Source: a virus
Direction: 5' to 3' (one strand)
DNA length: 64,000 nucleotides
IMG/VR virus record: IMGVR_UViG_3300032093_000021
Span: 1-64,000 of that record
Shown here: positions 18,473-28,209 of the stretch, in pieces
Layout of the letters: every line of letters starts with the position of its first letter
How positions within the stretch are numbered: the stretch's first letter is position 1
The notes under the pieces: generated by a model
The model's database searches: none
Told to the model about the DNA's origin: nothing
What the model saw: only the letters and a program-made list of their open reading frames with translations
Made by a program: the position numbers and the translations under genes

Positions 18473-19846
18473 CTATTCTAATCTGAAAACGTAATAATCT
18501 CTTCCATTAATATTTTCAATATCGTAATCACCATCGTAAGATGACATGGAAGAGTATCCGTCAGAATCAAATATATAATCAACCATTGAGTCTTCATCAA
18601 TGAAGTCTTTGATCTCATAACCCCAATCTTTTAACCAACTTACAGGATCATTTAATGCCCGATCAACAAGTTCTTGGACTTTGTTATCAATCATTTCCTC
18701 AGTAGGTTCTTTATCAGGTTCTATTTCATCAAGTATTTCCTGAAGGTTATCAATTTCTTCTTGAACCTCATCATAAGCATCAGAATAATCACTTGGTTCT
18801 TCTATTTCATGTTCCAAGTTATTTTGTTTTTCCTCAAGTTCGGCAATTTTAGCTTCTATTCTTTCTTTTTCCGCTTCCTGTTCATCCGATAATTCATAAT
18901 CATCATCATCAAAATGACTTTCCGGACTTTCTCTTACATCATTATCGTAAAAATCTCTTGCATAATCTTCCACTCTATCTTTATCAATATTATCCTCTAA
19001 AACCCAATCACTATAACCATCATAACCAACATCATCTATCAGTGATCTAATACTATCTTTAGCACTATCCTCAGCCTCGTCTTCAGTTCCAGCCGCGTAA
19101 CGTTGCCCTTCTAAATCATCATAACCAACAATATCAAAGGCATCCAACTCGTAATGACTTCCATCCGGTATTAAATGATAAACACTGAATTTACCTTCCA
19201 TTTCCTCAATTTGTTGCTCAGTGAGTTCAATTTGACCCTCAATATCTTCAGTATCAATTCCTTGTGACTCTAATTCTTGTTGTCTATCTTCTAAATCCGC
19301 AAGTCCAACATAAAGTTCCAAAAGTCTTTGTTCGCCAGTATTATCTAAATAATCATCTTCACTTAATCCTTCATCTCTTATTATATGTTCAAAAATGGCA
19401 CGAGCCCGGTTTGATTCTGATGTATTAGCTTCAAGGGCATAATCCATTTGTTCTCTTCTATATTTCGCCTCAGCCAATTTTCCATCTTTTATCTTCTTTT
19501 GTTTGATTTTCCATACACCACTATACCAATCGCTGATTCTTCCTTGAACTTGAACTTTGCTTACATCTGCAATATCGGTGTAACTTATATCAAGATCACC
19601 TTCAATATAATCTATCCCTTCCAAAGAATTTATTGGTTTATGTCTAAGATCAAGATTTCCAACTATCCATATTTTTTTATTCTTGAATTTAGGTAATTTA
19701 GAAACCGCCTTAATGTTGTTAGATGTGAATTTGAGTAACTCAAGATATTCTTTACTAGGAATTTTAACCCATTCTTCAGATTGCTCCACAATTGTTCTGA
19801 TTAAATTTTTGAGTTCAGATTCATTGATTCTGTAAACTTTTCTCAT
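18473..19846 (-). CDS. Highly acidic protein with INES leader and short LRR-like segment
   Basis: GNLDL/GDLDI repeats, then D/E-rich coiled region; TATTTATA 4 nt before ATG. Confidence 0.65.
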   Translation of the reverse strand: MRKVYRINESELKNLIRTIVEQSEEWVKIPSKEYLELLKFTSNNIKAVSKLPKFKNKKIWIVGNLDLRHKPINSLEGIDYIEGDLDISYTDIADVSKVQVQGRISDWYSGVWKIKQKKIKDGKLAEAKYRREQMDYALEANTSESNRARAIFEHIIRDEGLSEDDYLDNTGEQRLLELYVGLADLEDRQQELESQGIDTEDIEGQIELTEQQIEEMEGKFSVYHLIPDGSHYELDAFDIVGYDDLEGQRYAAGTEDEAEDSAKDSIRSLIDDVGYDGYSDWVLEDNIDKDRVEDYARDFYDNDVRESPESHFDDDDYELSDEQEAEKERIEAKIAELEEKQNNLEHEIEEPSDYSDAYDEVQEEIDNLQEILDEIEPDKEPTEEMIDNKVQELVDRALNDPVSWLKDWGYEIKDFIDEDSMVDYIFDSDGYSSMSSYDGDYDIENINGRDYYVFRLE

Positions 19847-19950
19847 AAATTATAAATATTCAGAATTAAATAAAATTTTTTAAAATTCCTTTACATCAAA
19901 AGGCAAATATAAGATATTTATATGTAAATAAACTAATCAAATAATTAATT

Positions 19951-20106
19951 ATGGGATGCGGTTGTAAAAACAAATCTAACGAAAGTCAAAATTCTCAATC
20001 ACAGGTTAAAACACAAACTCAAACTCAACCAACTCAACAATCTGTTCAAGAAGCAATTAAAAAAACGATTGAGAAATATTACATAAATAAGAAACCTTCC
20101 AATTAA
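19951..20106 (+). CDS. Small MGCGC-motif protein (51 aa, absent from ORF track)
   Basis: MGCGCKNKSNESQ...KKPSN; TATTTATA upstream and terminator downstream. Confidence 0.65.
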   Translation: MGCGCKNKSNESQNSQSQVKTQTQTQPTQQSVQEAIKKTIEKYYINKKPSN

Positions 20107-20132
20107 TCAAATTGGAAATCTAATTTATATTC

Positions 20133-20162
20133 AAAGGGAAAGTGTTGCTTTCCCTTTTTTTT
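20133..20162 (+). terminator. Intrinsic terminator
   Basis: aaagggaaag-tgttg-ctttcccttt followed by T run. Confidence 0.8.
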
Positions 20163-20176
20163 ATATTTATAATTGT

Positions 20177-21010
20177 ATGTTCAAACTATTCGGCACATTG
20201 AAGACCATAATCTTGGAATCAAGAAAATATGAAATGGATCCCGCAACTTATACAACACTTGCGGTTATGGCAAATGATATATACGAAAAAAGAAAACAAA
20301 AATGGGTCAAACAAACATTTTTTGATTCATTGTTGTTCAAAACAGCCGATGGTACCCAAGGGATGGTTAAAATTTATGTCTCCCCCAATCTATCTGAAAT
20401 AGCCGAGATGTCCACAAGACCTTTTGAATCCAGAGACCCAATGGATTTTGTTATGAAATTAAACCCAAAAAAGATAGGATCAAGAAAAAGTTTATTTCTA
20501 ACAATGTACCATGAAATGATGCACGCCATAGATCCATCACAATCCACAAGAATTAAAGTCAAAAATTCACTCACTTATGATCCATCAAAAGATGAATCAT
20601 ATTGGGGTCATCCGGTAGAATTTTTCGCAATAACCAATGAATTTTTGGAGGCTTTGCAATTGGAAATTGAATTCAGATTAAAAAGAGTTAAAAAAGAAGA
20701 AAGTAAACTTTTGATTATAAATGCTTTAGATAATATTTTGAATTATTTTTCTAAAGGGGAGAAACTTTCAAATTTATCATTAGACATAATTGAAAAAATG
20801 GGAGATGAAAATTCACAAAACAAATTATCAAAAGTACTTGATAGAATATCTTTTGATTTTCCGGAAACATCTGAGTTATTACCAAGAAAAGATGAACCTT
20901 ATTTCTTATATTATATTGAACTTATAAAAAAATATAATCCCGATATATGGAATGAATTTCTAACCATGTTGGTTAAGCACGTAAGAAACTTGAAAAAAAT
21001 TTCTATTTAA
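20177..21010 (+). CDS. Zincin-like (HExxH) protein
   Basis: YHEMMH plus downstream PVEFFA; IILES leader. Confidence 0.55.
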   Translation: MFKLFGTLKTIILESRKYEMDPATYTTLAVMANDIYEKRKQKWVKQTFFDSLLFKTADGTQGMVKIYVSPNLSEIAEMSTRPFESRDPMDFVMKLNPKKIGSRKSLFLTMYHEMMHAIDPSQSTRIKVKNSLTYDPSKDESYWGHPVEFFAITNEFLEALQLEIEFRLKRVKKEESKLLIINALDNILNYFSKGEKLSNLSLDIIEKMGDENSQNKLSKVLDRISFDFPETSELLPRKDEPYFLYYIELIKKYNPDIWNEFLTMLVKHVRNLKKISI

Positions 21011-21040
21011 TATTTCAGACTTTTTAATTAGAATTTAATT

Positions 21041-21853
21041 ATGAAACTGATAAATCCTATTTCAAAAAGAGCTTTTGTAAACCTATTCTCCGATTTTATC
21101 TTACAAAAATTAGGTAAAACAACAAAAACAATAATTCAAACCACTCTTTACGACAACTTCATAGTAATTTATGGAAGAACGAATTCAGATGTGAACTTAA
21201 ACATGGATGAAATCAAATCAGAATTTTTTCTTGAAAATCAAGAACTTTTCAACAAAGTATCAATAAATGAAAATTTGGGCACGTTAAATTTAATTCAATA
21301 TAATCCTGAGTATTTCAAAAATAATTGTTACAGGTACTATCTAAATTTATACAACACAGAAAGACCTTTATACCACAAAAATGTTTTATACTTCCATTTT
21401 AAAGACTTTACTGATTCAGTAAAATGGAAAGAGGGATTATTTTTAGAGGTTCCACACAATTCACTATTACCATCAGAAAAATTTAGATTTTCACCTCTCC
21501 AAATCACATCTGAGTTTCCATATGGGTATAGTTTGAGTATCGGTAGATCATTGATTTATTATGCGGAATATATTTCTCACAACATTTTTAATACAATTTC
21601 AGTGGAAAATATGAAGATGTTGATTACAAATCAGAAAAATGTGAATGATGATCAAATAATTGAGGTTCAAAGTAAATCACCTTTACCCTCCGAAAAAATC
21701 ACTTCACTAATTTTAGATAATTTTGATTTTGATTTAGATAAATTTAATAATTTTTTCAGTGACTATGATCTTTGTGATGAAATAAAAAATGTGACATCAC
21801 CTAAACCTTGGATAATGAAAAATATAATACCTCAAGATTTGTTTGTTTTTTAA
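21041..21853 (+). CDS. Degenerate SAM-synthetase (MetK)-like protein
   Basis: FSDFIL, IVIYGR, RSLIYYAEYISHNI, NFDF and PW segments parallel MetK; catalytic motifs absent. Confidence 0.45.
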   Translation: MKLINPISKRAFVNLFSDFILQKLGKTTKTIIQTTLYDNFIVIYGRTNSDVNLNMDEIKSEFFLENQELFNKVSINENLGTLNLIQYNPEYFKNNCYRYYLNLYNTERPLYHKNVLYFHFKDFTDSVKWKEGLFLEVPHNSLLPSEKFRFSPLQITSEFPYGYSLSIGRSLIYYAEYISHNIFNTISVENMKMLITNQKNVNDDQIIEVQSKSPLPSEKITSLILDNFDFDLDKFNNFFSDYDLCDEIKNVTSPKPWIMKNIIPQDLFVF

Positions 21854-22326
21854 ATAAAAATTCTCTCTTTCTCACTTACCTTTTGCTCATACCATTTACC
21901 ACATTTATCCATCCATACGTAAGGATCTTCAGGATTTTCTATCCACCCATGATCTGAATAATAATTGAAATCTTTACGTAGTAAGTTTGCCCGGTGAGAG
22001 GAATGAAACCTTTCAAACCCTAACCAATGTGGATACTGCACAATATCTGAACTTACTACCTCGGGTTCCATAGTATTTGTAAATCCCCTATCAACCCAAA
22101 CAATTAAAGAAGTGTTAAAATAAACTTTTAAGGCTTCTGTATAGTCTTTCCACATTATAGAACAAGGGTGATTTAACCACCCTTTATATGGTGTTCCATC
22201 TTTTTTGGGTCTTCCTAAAATAGCATTTAAGATCTGAAATGTTTCAACACGTTGTTTCCCTAATCTTTTATTATCTAATGATTCCAAGGACTTTTTGAAG
22301 TCTGGATATGGTAAAAATGTTTGCAT
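21850..22326 (-). CDS. Pyrimidine dimer DNA glycosylase-like (MSMEG_6728 family)
   Basis: MQTFLPY, RLGKQRVE, GWLNHP, HSSHRANLLRK; TATTTTTG 4 nt before ATG. Confidence 0.88.
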   Translation of the reverse strand: MQTFLPYPDFKKSLESLDNKRLGKQRVETFQILNAILGRPKKDGTPYKGWLNHPCSIMWKDYTEALKVYFNTSLIVWVDRGFTNTMEPEVVSSDIVQYPHWLGFERFHSSHRANLLRKDFNYYSDHGWIENPEDPYVWMDKCGKWYEQKVSEKERIFI

Positions 22327-22339
22327 GAAGCAAAAATAC

Positions 22340-23179
22340 CTAAAAAAGTTTACTTTGCCCCATTTCTTTGTTTTTTTTCTTTTCTTTTTTTTCTTTATAA
22401 GTTTCTCTAACAATGTGTAAAGACATCTCATTTTTCATATCTGAAATTTCATCATCACTTAAGTTATCAATTCTATTTAAAGCGAAATCAATATATGACT
22501 TAGAAATATCAATACCGAAGAAATTGTGTCCTAAAAATTTACACGCAACTGCCGAAGTCCCACTACCCATATAAGGATCTATGATAAACTTATCCTTTTC
22601 ATCATCAAAAATTGAATATATACATCTTAATGGTAAATCCAAAGGAAATGGTGCCGGATGATTACCAACTCGTAGTTTACTCATTTCAGGTCTAAAATAC
22701 CAAACAGATGTTAAAAGCGCATGTTTTGACATTAATTCTTTACCATAATCTTTTTTATCTCTAGGTTTGTAAAGCCAATAAATTCTTTCGTCAACTTGCC
22801 AAAACCTCCACCCACGAATATTTGCTGCTAGTTTTCTATCCCAAATTATTTCTTGTTTTGTAGTCCAGTTAGTTTTTGAAATCCACTCCATGGGATGGAT
22901 CATTACTCCTTTTTCCCACCTAATTTTATGGTTATAAAAAAAAGATCCTCCCGGTTTTATAGTTCTATATAATTGATTAAGTATTTCAATTTGTTGGTTT
23001 TGATACACATCTTCATCTAATGAATCATCAATGTCTGAATAATCAATATCTTTAACCAAAATACCACTTTTATTTTTTTTCTTGTTGTAAGGGGGAGATG
23101 TGACTCCCATATCAAAAGTATCATCTGATATTTTTGAGAGCACTTCCAAAACATCGCCATTCCATATTTCATTAATCAT
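22340..23179 (-). CDS. Beta-class N4/N6 DNA methyltransferase
   Basis: TSPPY, HPAPFP, DPYMGSGT. Confidence 0.92.
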   Translation of the reverse strand: MINEIWNGDVLEVLSKISDDTFDMGVTSPPYNKKKNKSGILVKDIDYSDIDDSLDEDVYQNQQIEILNQLYRTIKPGGSFFYNHKIRWEKGVMIHPMEWISKTNWTTKQEIIWDRKLAANIRGWRFWQVDERIYWLYKPRDKKDYGKELMSKHALLTSVWYFRPEMSKLRVGNHPAPFPLDLPLRCIYSIFDDEKDKFIIDPYMGSGTSAVACKFLGHNFFGIDISKSYIDFALNRIDNLSDDEISDMKNEMSLHIVRETYKEKKEKKKNKEMGQSKLF

Positions 23180-23778
23180 ATTGAATTATTTTTTAAATAA
23201 TTAAACAAATCTTTTTGAAAGAATTTAGTATAATTATCTAAATCATTTCTCACAAATTCAATTGTTAACTCAGGACATAACTTTAAGTTATTGAAATTAA
23301 ATGTCGCACTTCTCAAATAAGACCCTGTTACATCTCCATTAGGGAATTTTTTAACTAATTTACTATAAAAATGATTTTGTAAATTATTATATGGGATTTT
23401 CAATACATACATTAACAAACCGTCAATAAAACCTGAAACATGTATATTAGGATTATCTTCAATGTATTTGTTGTGTCGTTTAAAAGTTAAATCAGTATAG
23501 TTACCTCCTGCATCTAACTTTTTTTTGGAGTCCGATCCAATATTTTTTGGTTTGATCTCATCTTTGGATTCATATCCATCATAACCTAATTTATTTGGAT
23601 TGGATTTAATACCAATTACTTCACATGTGATAATTTGCCTAAGTGTTGAGGAGTTTTTATCATTTAAATATAATTCCATTAAATCCATCATAATAGAGTT
23701 ATATTTATGATTAATAAAATTTTTGGTTATAGAACCTTTAGAATATTCTGTTACCAACTTAATAAGATTTTCACTCAT
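23176..23778 (-). CDS. Putative restriction-type PD-(D/E)XK endonuclease
   Basis: GYDG...EIK motif; ATGA overlap with MTase. Confidence 0.5.
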   Translation of the reverse strand: MSENLIKLVTEYSKGSITKNFINHKYNSIMMDLMELYLNDKNSSTLRQIITCEVIGIKSNPNKLGYDGYESKDEIKPKNIGSDSKKKLDAGGNYTDLTFKRHNKYIEDNPNIHVSGFIDGLLMYVLKIPYNNLQNHFYSKLVKKFPNGDVTGSYLRSATFNFNNLKLCPELTIEFVRNDLDNYTKFFQKDLFNYLKNNSI

Positions 23779-23810
23779 AATAATAAAAACTAATCAATTA
23801 TGAGTGAAAA
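23768..23810. repeat. 14-bp perfect inverted repeat covering the endonuclease start codon
   Basis: ttttcactcataat-N15-attatgagtgaaaa. Confidence 0.85.
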
Positions 23811-23818
23811 AACAAATG

Positions 23819-24115
23819 TTATTGAATATTTTTTTTGTACTGTTCTTTAATTATTTGGAGACCCTCTTCAATTTTATTGAAATCTCTTTCCGGAGCATAA
23901 AGACCTGAAATTGTTTTTTTACCATCTGTTTCAATTATCATAAACGCAGGGACAAATTCATTACCTCCAACTGATTTGACAAACATATCGTACTCATCCT
24001 CATGTTCCACTATGTCTCTATCTATAAATTCTATTTTTTGTTCATTCAATGAATTTTTTAACATATCACAAAAAGGACACCCTTTCATTGAAAAAACGAC
24101 AATATATTGTTCCAT
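23819..24115 (-). CDS. Glutaredoxin-like protein
   Basis: CPFC and FVPAF cis-Pro motif. Confidence 0.85.
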   Translation of the reverse strand: MEQYIVVFSMKGCPFCDMLKNSLNEQKIEFIDRDIVEHEDEYDMFVKSVGGNEFVPAFMIIETDGKKTISGLYAPERDFNKIEEGLQIIKEQYKKNIQ

Positions 24116-24119
24116 ATCG

Positions 24120-24434
24120 CTAAACTTTTTCAGCCATTTCCATTATCAATTGGGTATTTTTCAATCCAATCTCTGTGAATATTTCCTTACCGTTAGAAAA
24201 CGCCTTAATTGTTGGGACACTTCTAAGTCCAAGTTCTGATACGTATTCTTTATCATTTTCAATGTTAAATGTGTAAAGCTTAACATCGGAATTAGATTGG
24301 ACTAATTTTTCAGACGCTTGTTCAAACATAGGTTTCATCATTCTACATGGACCACACCACGGGGCCCAAAAATCAACAATTAATTTTTCGCCACTTGCAA
24401 TTTTATCTTTAAGTTCTTGCGTTGTTATTTCCAT
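24120..24434 (-). CDS. trxA: Thioredoxin
   Basis: VDFWAPWCGPC, SVPT. Confidence 0.95.
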   Translation of the reverse strand: MEITTQELKDKIASGEKLIVDFWAPWCGPCRMMKPMFEQASEKLVQSNSDVKLYTFNIENDKEYVSELGLRSVPTIKAFSNGKEIFTEIGLKNTQLIMEMAEKV

Positions 24435-24747
24435 TTTTTAGTTTTTTTAAACTGTTTATAAAAAATTTTACCTCCTCTAATTGATCGGGTTTGTATATAA
24501 TTTTAAATACTTTTAGATCTTCTTTTTTATTGATATATAAAAAAATACCAGAAGTATGTCTTAGAATTATTTCGGTATGTTCAACTTTGTTATTCTCATA
24601 ATCAGAGTTAAAAAACACCGGAACAAATACATTCTTTTTAAAAAAGTAATCTAAATGTAGATCGTTTTCAAGTCTTACATCCATAATAGAATGGATCTTT
24701 TCCAAAGAATTATAAAATTTAGTAAATATATCTATTTGTTGTGTCAT
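24409..24747 (-). CDS. Hypothetical protein (start MTQQ)
   Basis: ORF in array. Confidence 0.55.
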   Translation of the reverse strand: MTQQIDIFTKFYNSLEKIHSIMDVRLENDLHLDYFFKKNVFVPVFFNSDYENNKVEHTEIILRHTSGIFLYINKKEDLKVFKIIYKPDQLEEVKFFINSLKKLKNGNNNART

Positions 24748-24749
24748 AA

Positions 24750-26432
24750 TTAAAACCCAAATTCCATTGAATTTTCTCTTCCCTCCCAAATATATTGTCC
24801 GCTTTTTTCATCAACCTTAGCATCTTCAACTTTTCTGACCTGATTAGCAATCATAGTTTTCAAACTAAAACTTAAAGATTTTGTTGACCTAAAATAATCA
24901 TTAATTCTCATATCTAAAATTGAAATGGTATCGTCCCAATCTTTATTGAGTTGTTGATTAAATCTTCCAAGTGTTTGAACTCTTTGGAAAACCGGACTTT
25001 TATTTTCCAACTTTGACATTCTATATTCTATTGTCGCCCTGTTTTTACCATCATCATTTCTCAATGATATGATAAATGAACTGGCTCTTTGTATGTAAGA
25101 TCTTACACAATTCTGTTGATGTGCGGATTCTCCATTATAATCAGATGTTGTTGTCAATACAACCGGGTTAAATACTTTACCATAAAAATCAACTATCGGC
25201 ATCTGAATACAATCAATTAAACTTTGATCATATTCTCTTTCATATATACCATCAGTATAATAAGAATATTTGTTTGACCAAGCCATATGTTCATCGTGAA
25301 ATTCTTCCATGTTTGTTGACTTCCACTTTATAGGTTCAAACCCTTTTATCTTATTATAAAATCTTGTGTGGTCATAGAAACTATTGAGTAACCTTTGTCC
25401 TTCACCCTCCTTGAGACTTGACACCAATACTTTATAAATGTTCTTTTTTTCTTTAGGTGAAAAATTACAAAAATTAAGATTTGGAACTGAATGATGATCA
25501 TATAAATTAAAATCATAAAGTAATACACAATCTTCAACAGATTGTTGTCTCATAAAATCCTTTCCAAAAAAATTATCATAATAAGTTATCACCTTCGGAT
25601 TATAATTAGTTATTTTATGGAGAATATTTCTCATTTTATCTCCATTCAATTTATTAATATCCATAATGGTATCTACAAGCTTAAACCCGTTGCGTTTCCA
25701 TATGTGTTGTCTTGGCATGGGAACAACGTTCTTAAATGCAAACCAGTTGTTTGGGTACTTGATGCCTTTATTTATCAAATAAAGTTTGTATAAATCGTGA
25801 TCCATACTATGTAGATGACTAAAGGTAAACCCGGGTATAAGTTTAAGAAAAGTCTGAATGAAAAAATCCTTGACAAATAATCCTCCGGTTGAAACAGAAT
25901 GTTTAACTACGTAAGAATCTTTAGATAATAAAATCTCAAAATCCGGAATTGCGCTTAAAAATAACCTAATCGGACTTTCCAAGAAAAAATTCTTCTTGAC
26001 TGTTGATGCCACTCTTTTTGATCCTTCAAATCCTGTTGATTGTCCTCTAAAAAAACATTTTGTTTCTGTATTGTAGGTTAAATATTTCATATATTTTTTT
26101 CTCTTGAAAAACTTGAATCCAGCCCTTCTATACTTCATATAAGAATAAAACTTAACGGAAATTTTTGGTCCGGTTCTTTCTATAACCATTGTGCTTCTAT
26201 ACACCTCAACAGTCGCTAAAGGATTGCCATAATGTTTAATAAACGCATCCTCTGTCTCTGCTTTACTTTCAGGAGTAAATTGGGATCTCAATAACTCATC
26301 CACAGAATCCTCATAAACCTTAAACATAGAATGATAGTTATTTTTTTCGGACTGTGAGATTTCATTATAAGGTTGATTTACAACGACGTGATACCTCTCA
26401 ATAGAAAATTTATACAATGTTTCAACTGACAT
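24750..26432 (-). CDS. PcfJ-domain protein
   Basis: FHDEH...ESAHQQNCVRSY...IISLR...RATIE...QTLGRFN. Confidence 0.8.
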   Translation of the reverse strand: MSVETLYKFSIERYHVVVNQPYNEISQSEKNNYHSMFKVYEDSVDELLRSQFTPESKAETEDAFIKHYGNPLATVEVYRSTMVIERTGPKISVKFYSYMKYRRAGFKFFKRKKYMKYLTYNTETKCFFRGQSTGFEGSKRVASTVKKNFFLESPIRLFLSAIPDFEILLSKDSYVVKHSVSTGGLFVKDFFIQTFLKLIPGFTFSHLHSMDHDLYKLYLINKGIKYPNNWFAFKNVVPMPRQHIWKRNGFKLVDTIMDINKLNGDKMRNILHKITNYNPKVITYYDNFFGKDFMRQQSVEDCVLLYDFNLYDHHSVPNLNFCNFSPKEKKNIYKVLVSSLKEGEGQRLLNSFYDHTRFYNKIKGFEPIKWKSTNMEEFHDEHMAWSNKYSYYTDGIYEREYDQSLIDCIQMPIVDFYGKVFNPVVLTTTSDYNGESAHQQNCVRSYIQRASSFIISLRNDDGKNRATIEYRMSKLENKSPVFQRVQTLGRFNQQLNKDWDDTISILDMRINDYFRSTKSLSFSLKTMIANQVRKVEDAKVDEKSGQYIWEGRENSMEFGF

Positions 26433-26466
26433 AAGAAAAATTAAAGGTTAAAGATAAGAAAAAAAA

Positions 26467-26748
26467 TCAATTCAAACAAATAGGACCATAAATTGTTTCA
26501 TAATATATGGTATCAATTTTATTCTTTCGCTTGAATTCATTATTCATTTCAACCACTAACTCCAATAACTGCTTCCGGGTGAGTTGAGCATCATCCCCTT
26601 TCTTGTGGTTCTTCAAAGATATCTCTTTGATTTTTGTGAAGAAGTCGTCTTTGCTTAAATCCCCAATTAAATTTCTAAGTTCATCGGGGTGTGTTTCAAA
26701 AAATCTTATTACCTGACTAATATAAATGTCAACATCTACACTACTCAT
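26467..26748 (-). CDS. Hypothetical protein
   Basis: 93-aa ORF. Confidence 0.6.
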   Translation of the reverse strand: MSSVDVDIYISQVIRFFETHPDELRNLIGDLSKDDFFTKIKEISLKNHKKGDDAQLTRKQLLELVVEMNNEFKRKNKIDTIYYETIYGPICLN

Positions 26749-26777
26749 AAAAATTTAATTTTTTTTTGTTATTACTA

Positions 26778-28166
26778 TCACTCTTTTCGTTCGTAAAACC
26801 CTGTACCGTTTTCGTCAATAAATATTTCTGTTATTTCCGGACTTAATTTCACATTGGGTGAACCCATAAGATTGATTATGTGTAAATTTGGGATTCCCAA
26901 AACGGAATTAGGTACTATTTTTAAACTTGAGTTCTGAGGTAAAGATAAAAATTCCAAGCTTTTTAGATCTCCCAATGAATCTGGAACAGACTTAACACAA
27001 TTTTGTAATAAAATTGCTTCCAAGTTTTTAAATCTAGAGATAGTACTTGGTATGTCCAAATTCAACGAGGAACTTGATTTATTATTGAAAATAAGACTAA
27101 CTATGTCTTCAGGTAAACTATTAAACAACTCTTCAAAACCATATAAAGCCACATACTTTGATGCTGAACTATTTGGATATTCTATCTCTACCCTTTTTCC
27201 ATTACCGGAAGTTAAACCTTTAGCAAATTCAGGTTTAAAATAATCTTTAAGTTCCGCCATTGGACCATTCAAATATTCAACCAGTTCAATTCTTTGGTCT
27301 AAACGATCCATGAATTGATTAGATGGAAAATGAAATTGAAATCTTTCTTGAGGTAAACCGGTCCTTTTGCCGACAGATCCCTTATCATCATTAGCCATGA
27401 CAACGTAAAGTGGACCATCCTTCAAATATCCCATAGTATAACTTGCGTCCGGAGGAGAAGTACACCATCTACTCTCACCATTCTTATAATCATAGTAACC
27501 TCCAAACCAACTAGCAGCTTCTTGCGCTAATTTACCTGCTGACTTATCAATTTTTATGACAGTCCAAGTAGGTCCTTGGAATTCTATAGTTGATCCAGGA
27601 TGATTGAACCCTTCTCTACTTTTTCTGACTTCTTTCTTTAATTCTGTCTTTTCTAATTTCTTTTTTATATTTTCAGGTAATTCAAAACTTTGTAAGAACA
27701 AGAATAAACTATTAGGAGTAAACTTATTGATGTCTCTTTTATCTTCTGGTAGATATTGCTTGTATTTTGTAAAGAATTTAAGATCATCAGTGGTTTTGAA
27801 AAGATCCTCTAAAAACAAAGATCTAGCATCTTTAATCGCCCTTTCATAAGAAGGCGTTCCGAATTGAGCATTTGCTGCTGTTTCAGCATCCAAAGCCGGT
27901 TTCTCATAACTTTTCAAAAGCCAGTTACGATACATACCGGGTTTGATATTTTTTAAATTCTCATCACTCAAATCGGTTTGATCAAAACCTTCGGGAACTT
28001 TAGTTGTAGGATCAGCCATCAATATCTGAACAAAGATACCTTTATCCATTATTGGTTTGATCTTCTTACCTTCTTTATCTTTTTTTGGTTCTACATATTT
28101 TTTATATAATTCCTCAAAACTTGTAGACTCTACAATGATCGTTCTAAGTGTACTGAATATCTTCAT
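26778..28166 (-). CDS. Protein with C-terminal leucine-rich repeats and IIVES leader
   Basis: RWCTS..GPLYV..FQFHF core; IPSTISRFKNLEAILL/VPDSLGDLKSLEFLSL LRRs. Confidence 0.7.
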   Translation of the reverse strand: MKIFSTLRTIIVESTSFEELYKKYVEPKKDKEGKKIKPIMDKGIFVQILMADPTTKVPEGFDQTDLSDENLKNIKPGMYRNWLLKSYEKPALDAETAANAQFGTPSYERAIKDARSLFLEDLFKTTDDLKFFTKYKQYLPEDKRDINKFTPNSLFLFLQSFELPENIKKKLEKTELKKEVRKSREGFNHPGSTIEFQGPTWTVIKIDKSAGKLAQEAASWFGGYYDYKNGESRWCTSPPDASYTMGYLKDGPLYVVMANDDKGSVGKRTGLPQERFQFHFPSNQFMDRLDQRIELVEYLNGPMAELKDYFKPEFAKGLTSGNGKRVEIEYPNSSASKYVALYGFEELFNSLPEDIVSLIFNNKSSSSLNLDIPSTISRFKNLEAILLQNCVKSVPDSLGDLKSLEFLSLPQNSSLKIVPNSVLGIPNLHIINLMGSPNVKLSPEITEIFIDENGTGFYERKE

Positions 28167-28209
28167 CTCAATTATTTTACAATAAATATATTGATAATTG
28201 CAAATATAA

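Noticed and set aside
19951-20106. Eukaryotic giant-virus origin suggested by MGC motif, DnaJ and LRR proteins
   Set aside because: Sigma factor, Bacteroidota promoters, DnaG-type primase, amidase and T9SS tails indicate a bacteriophage
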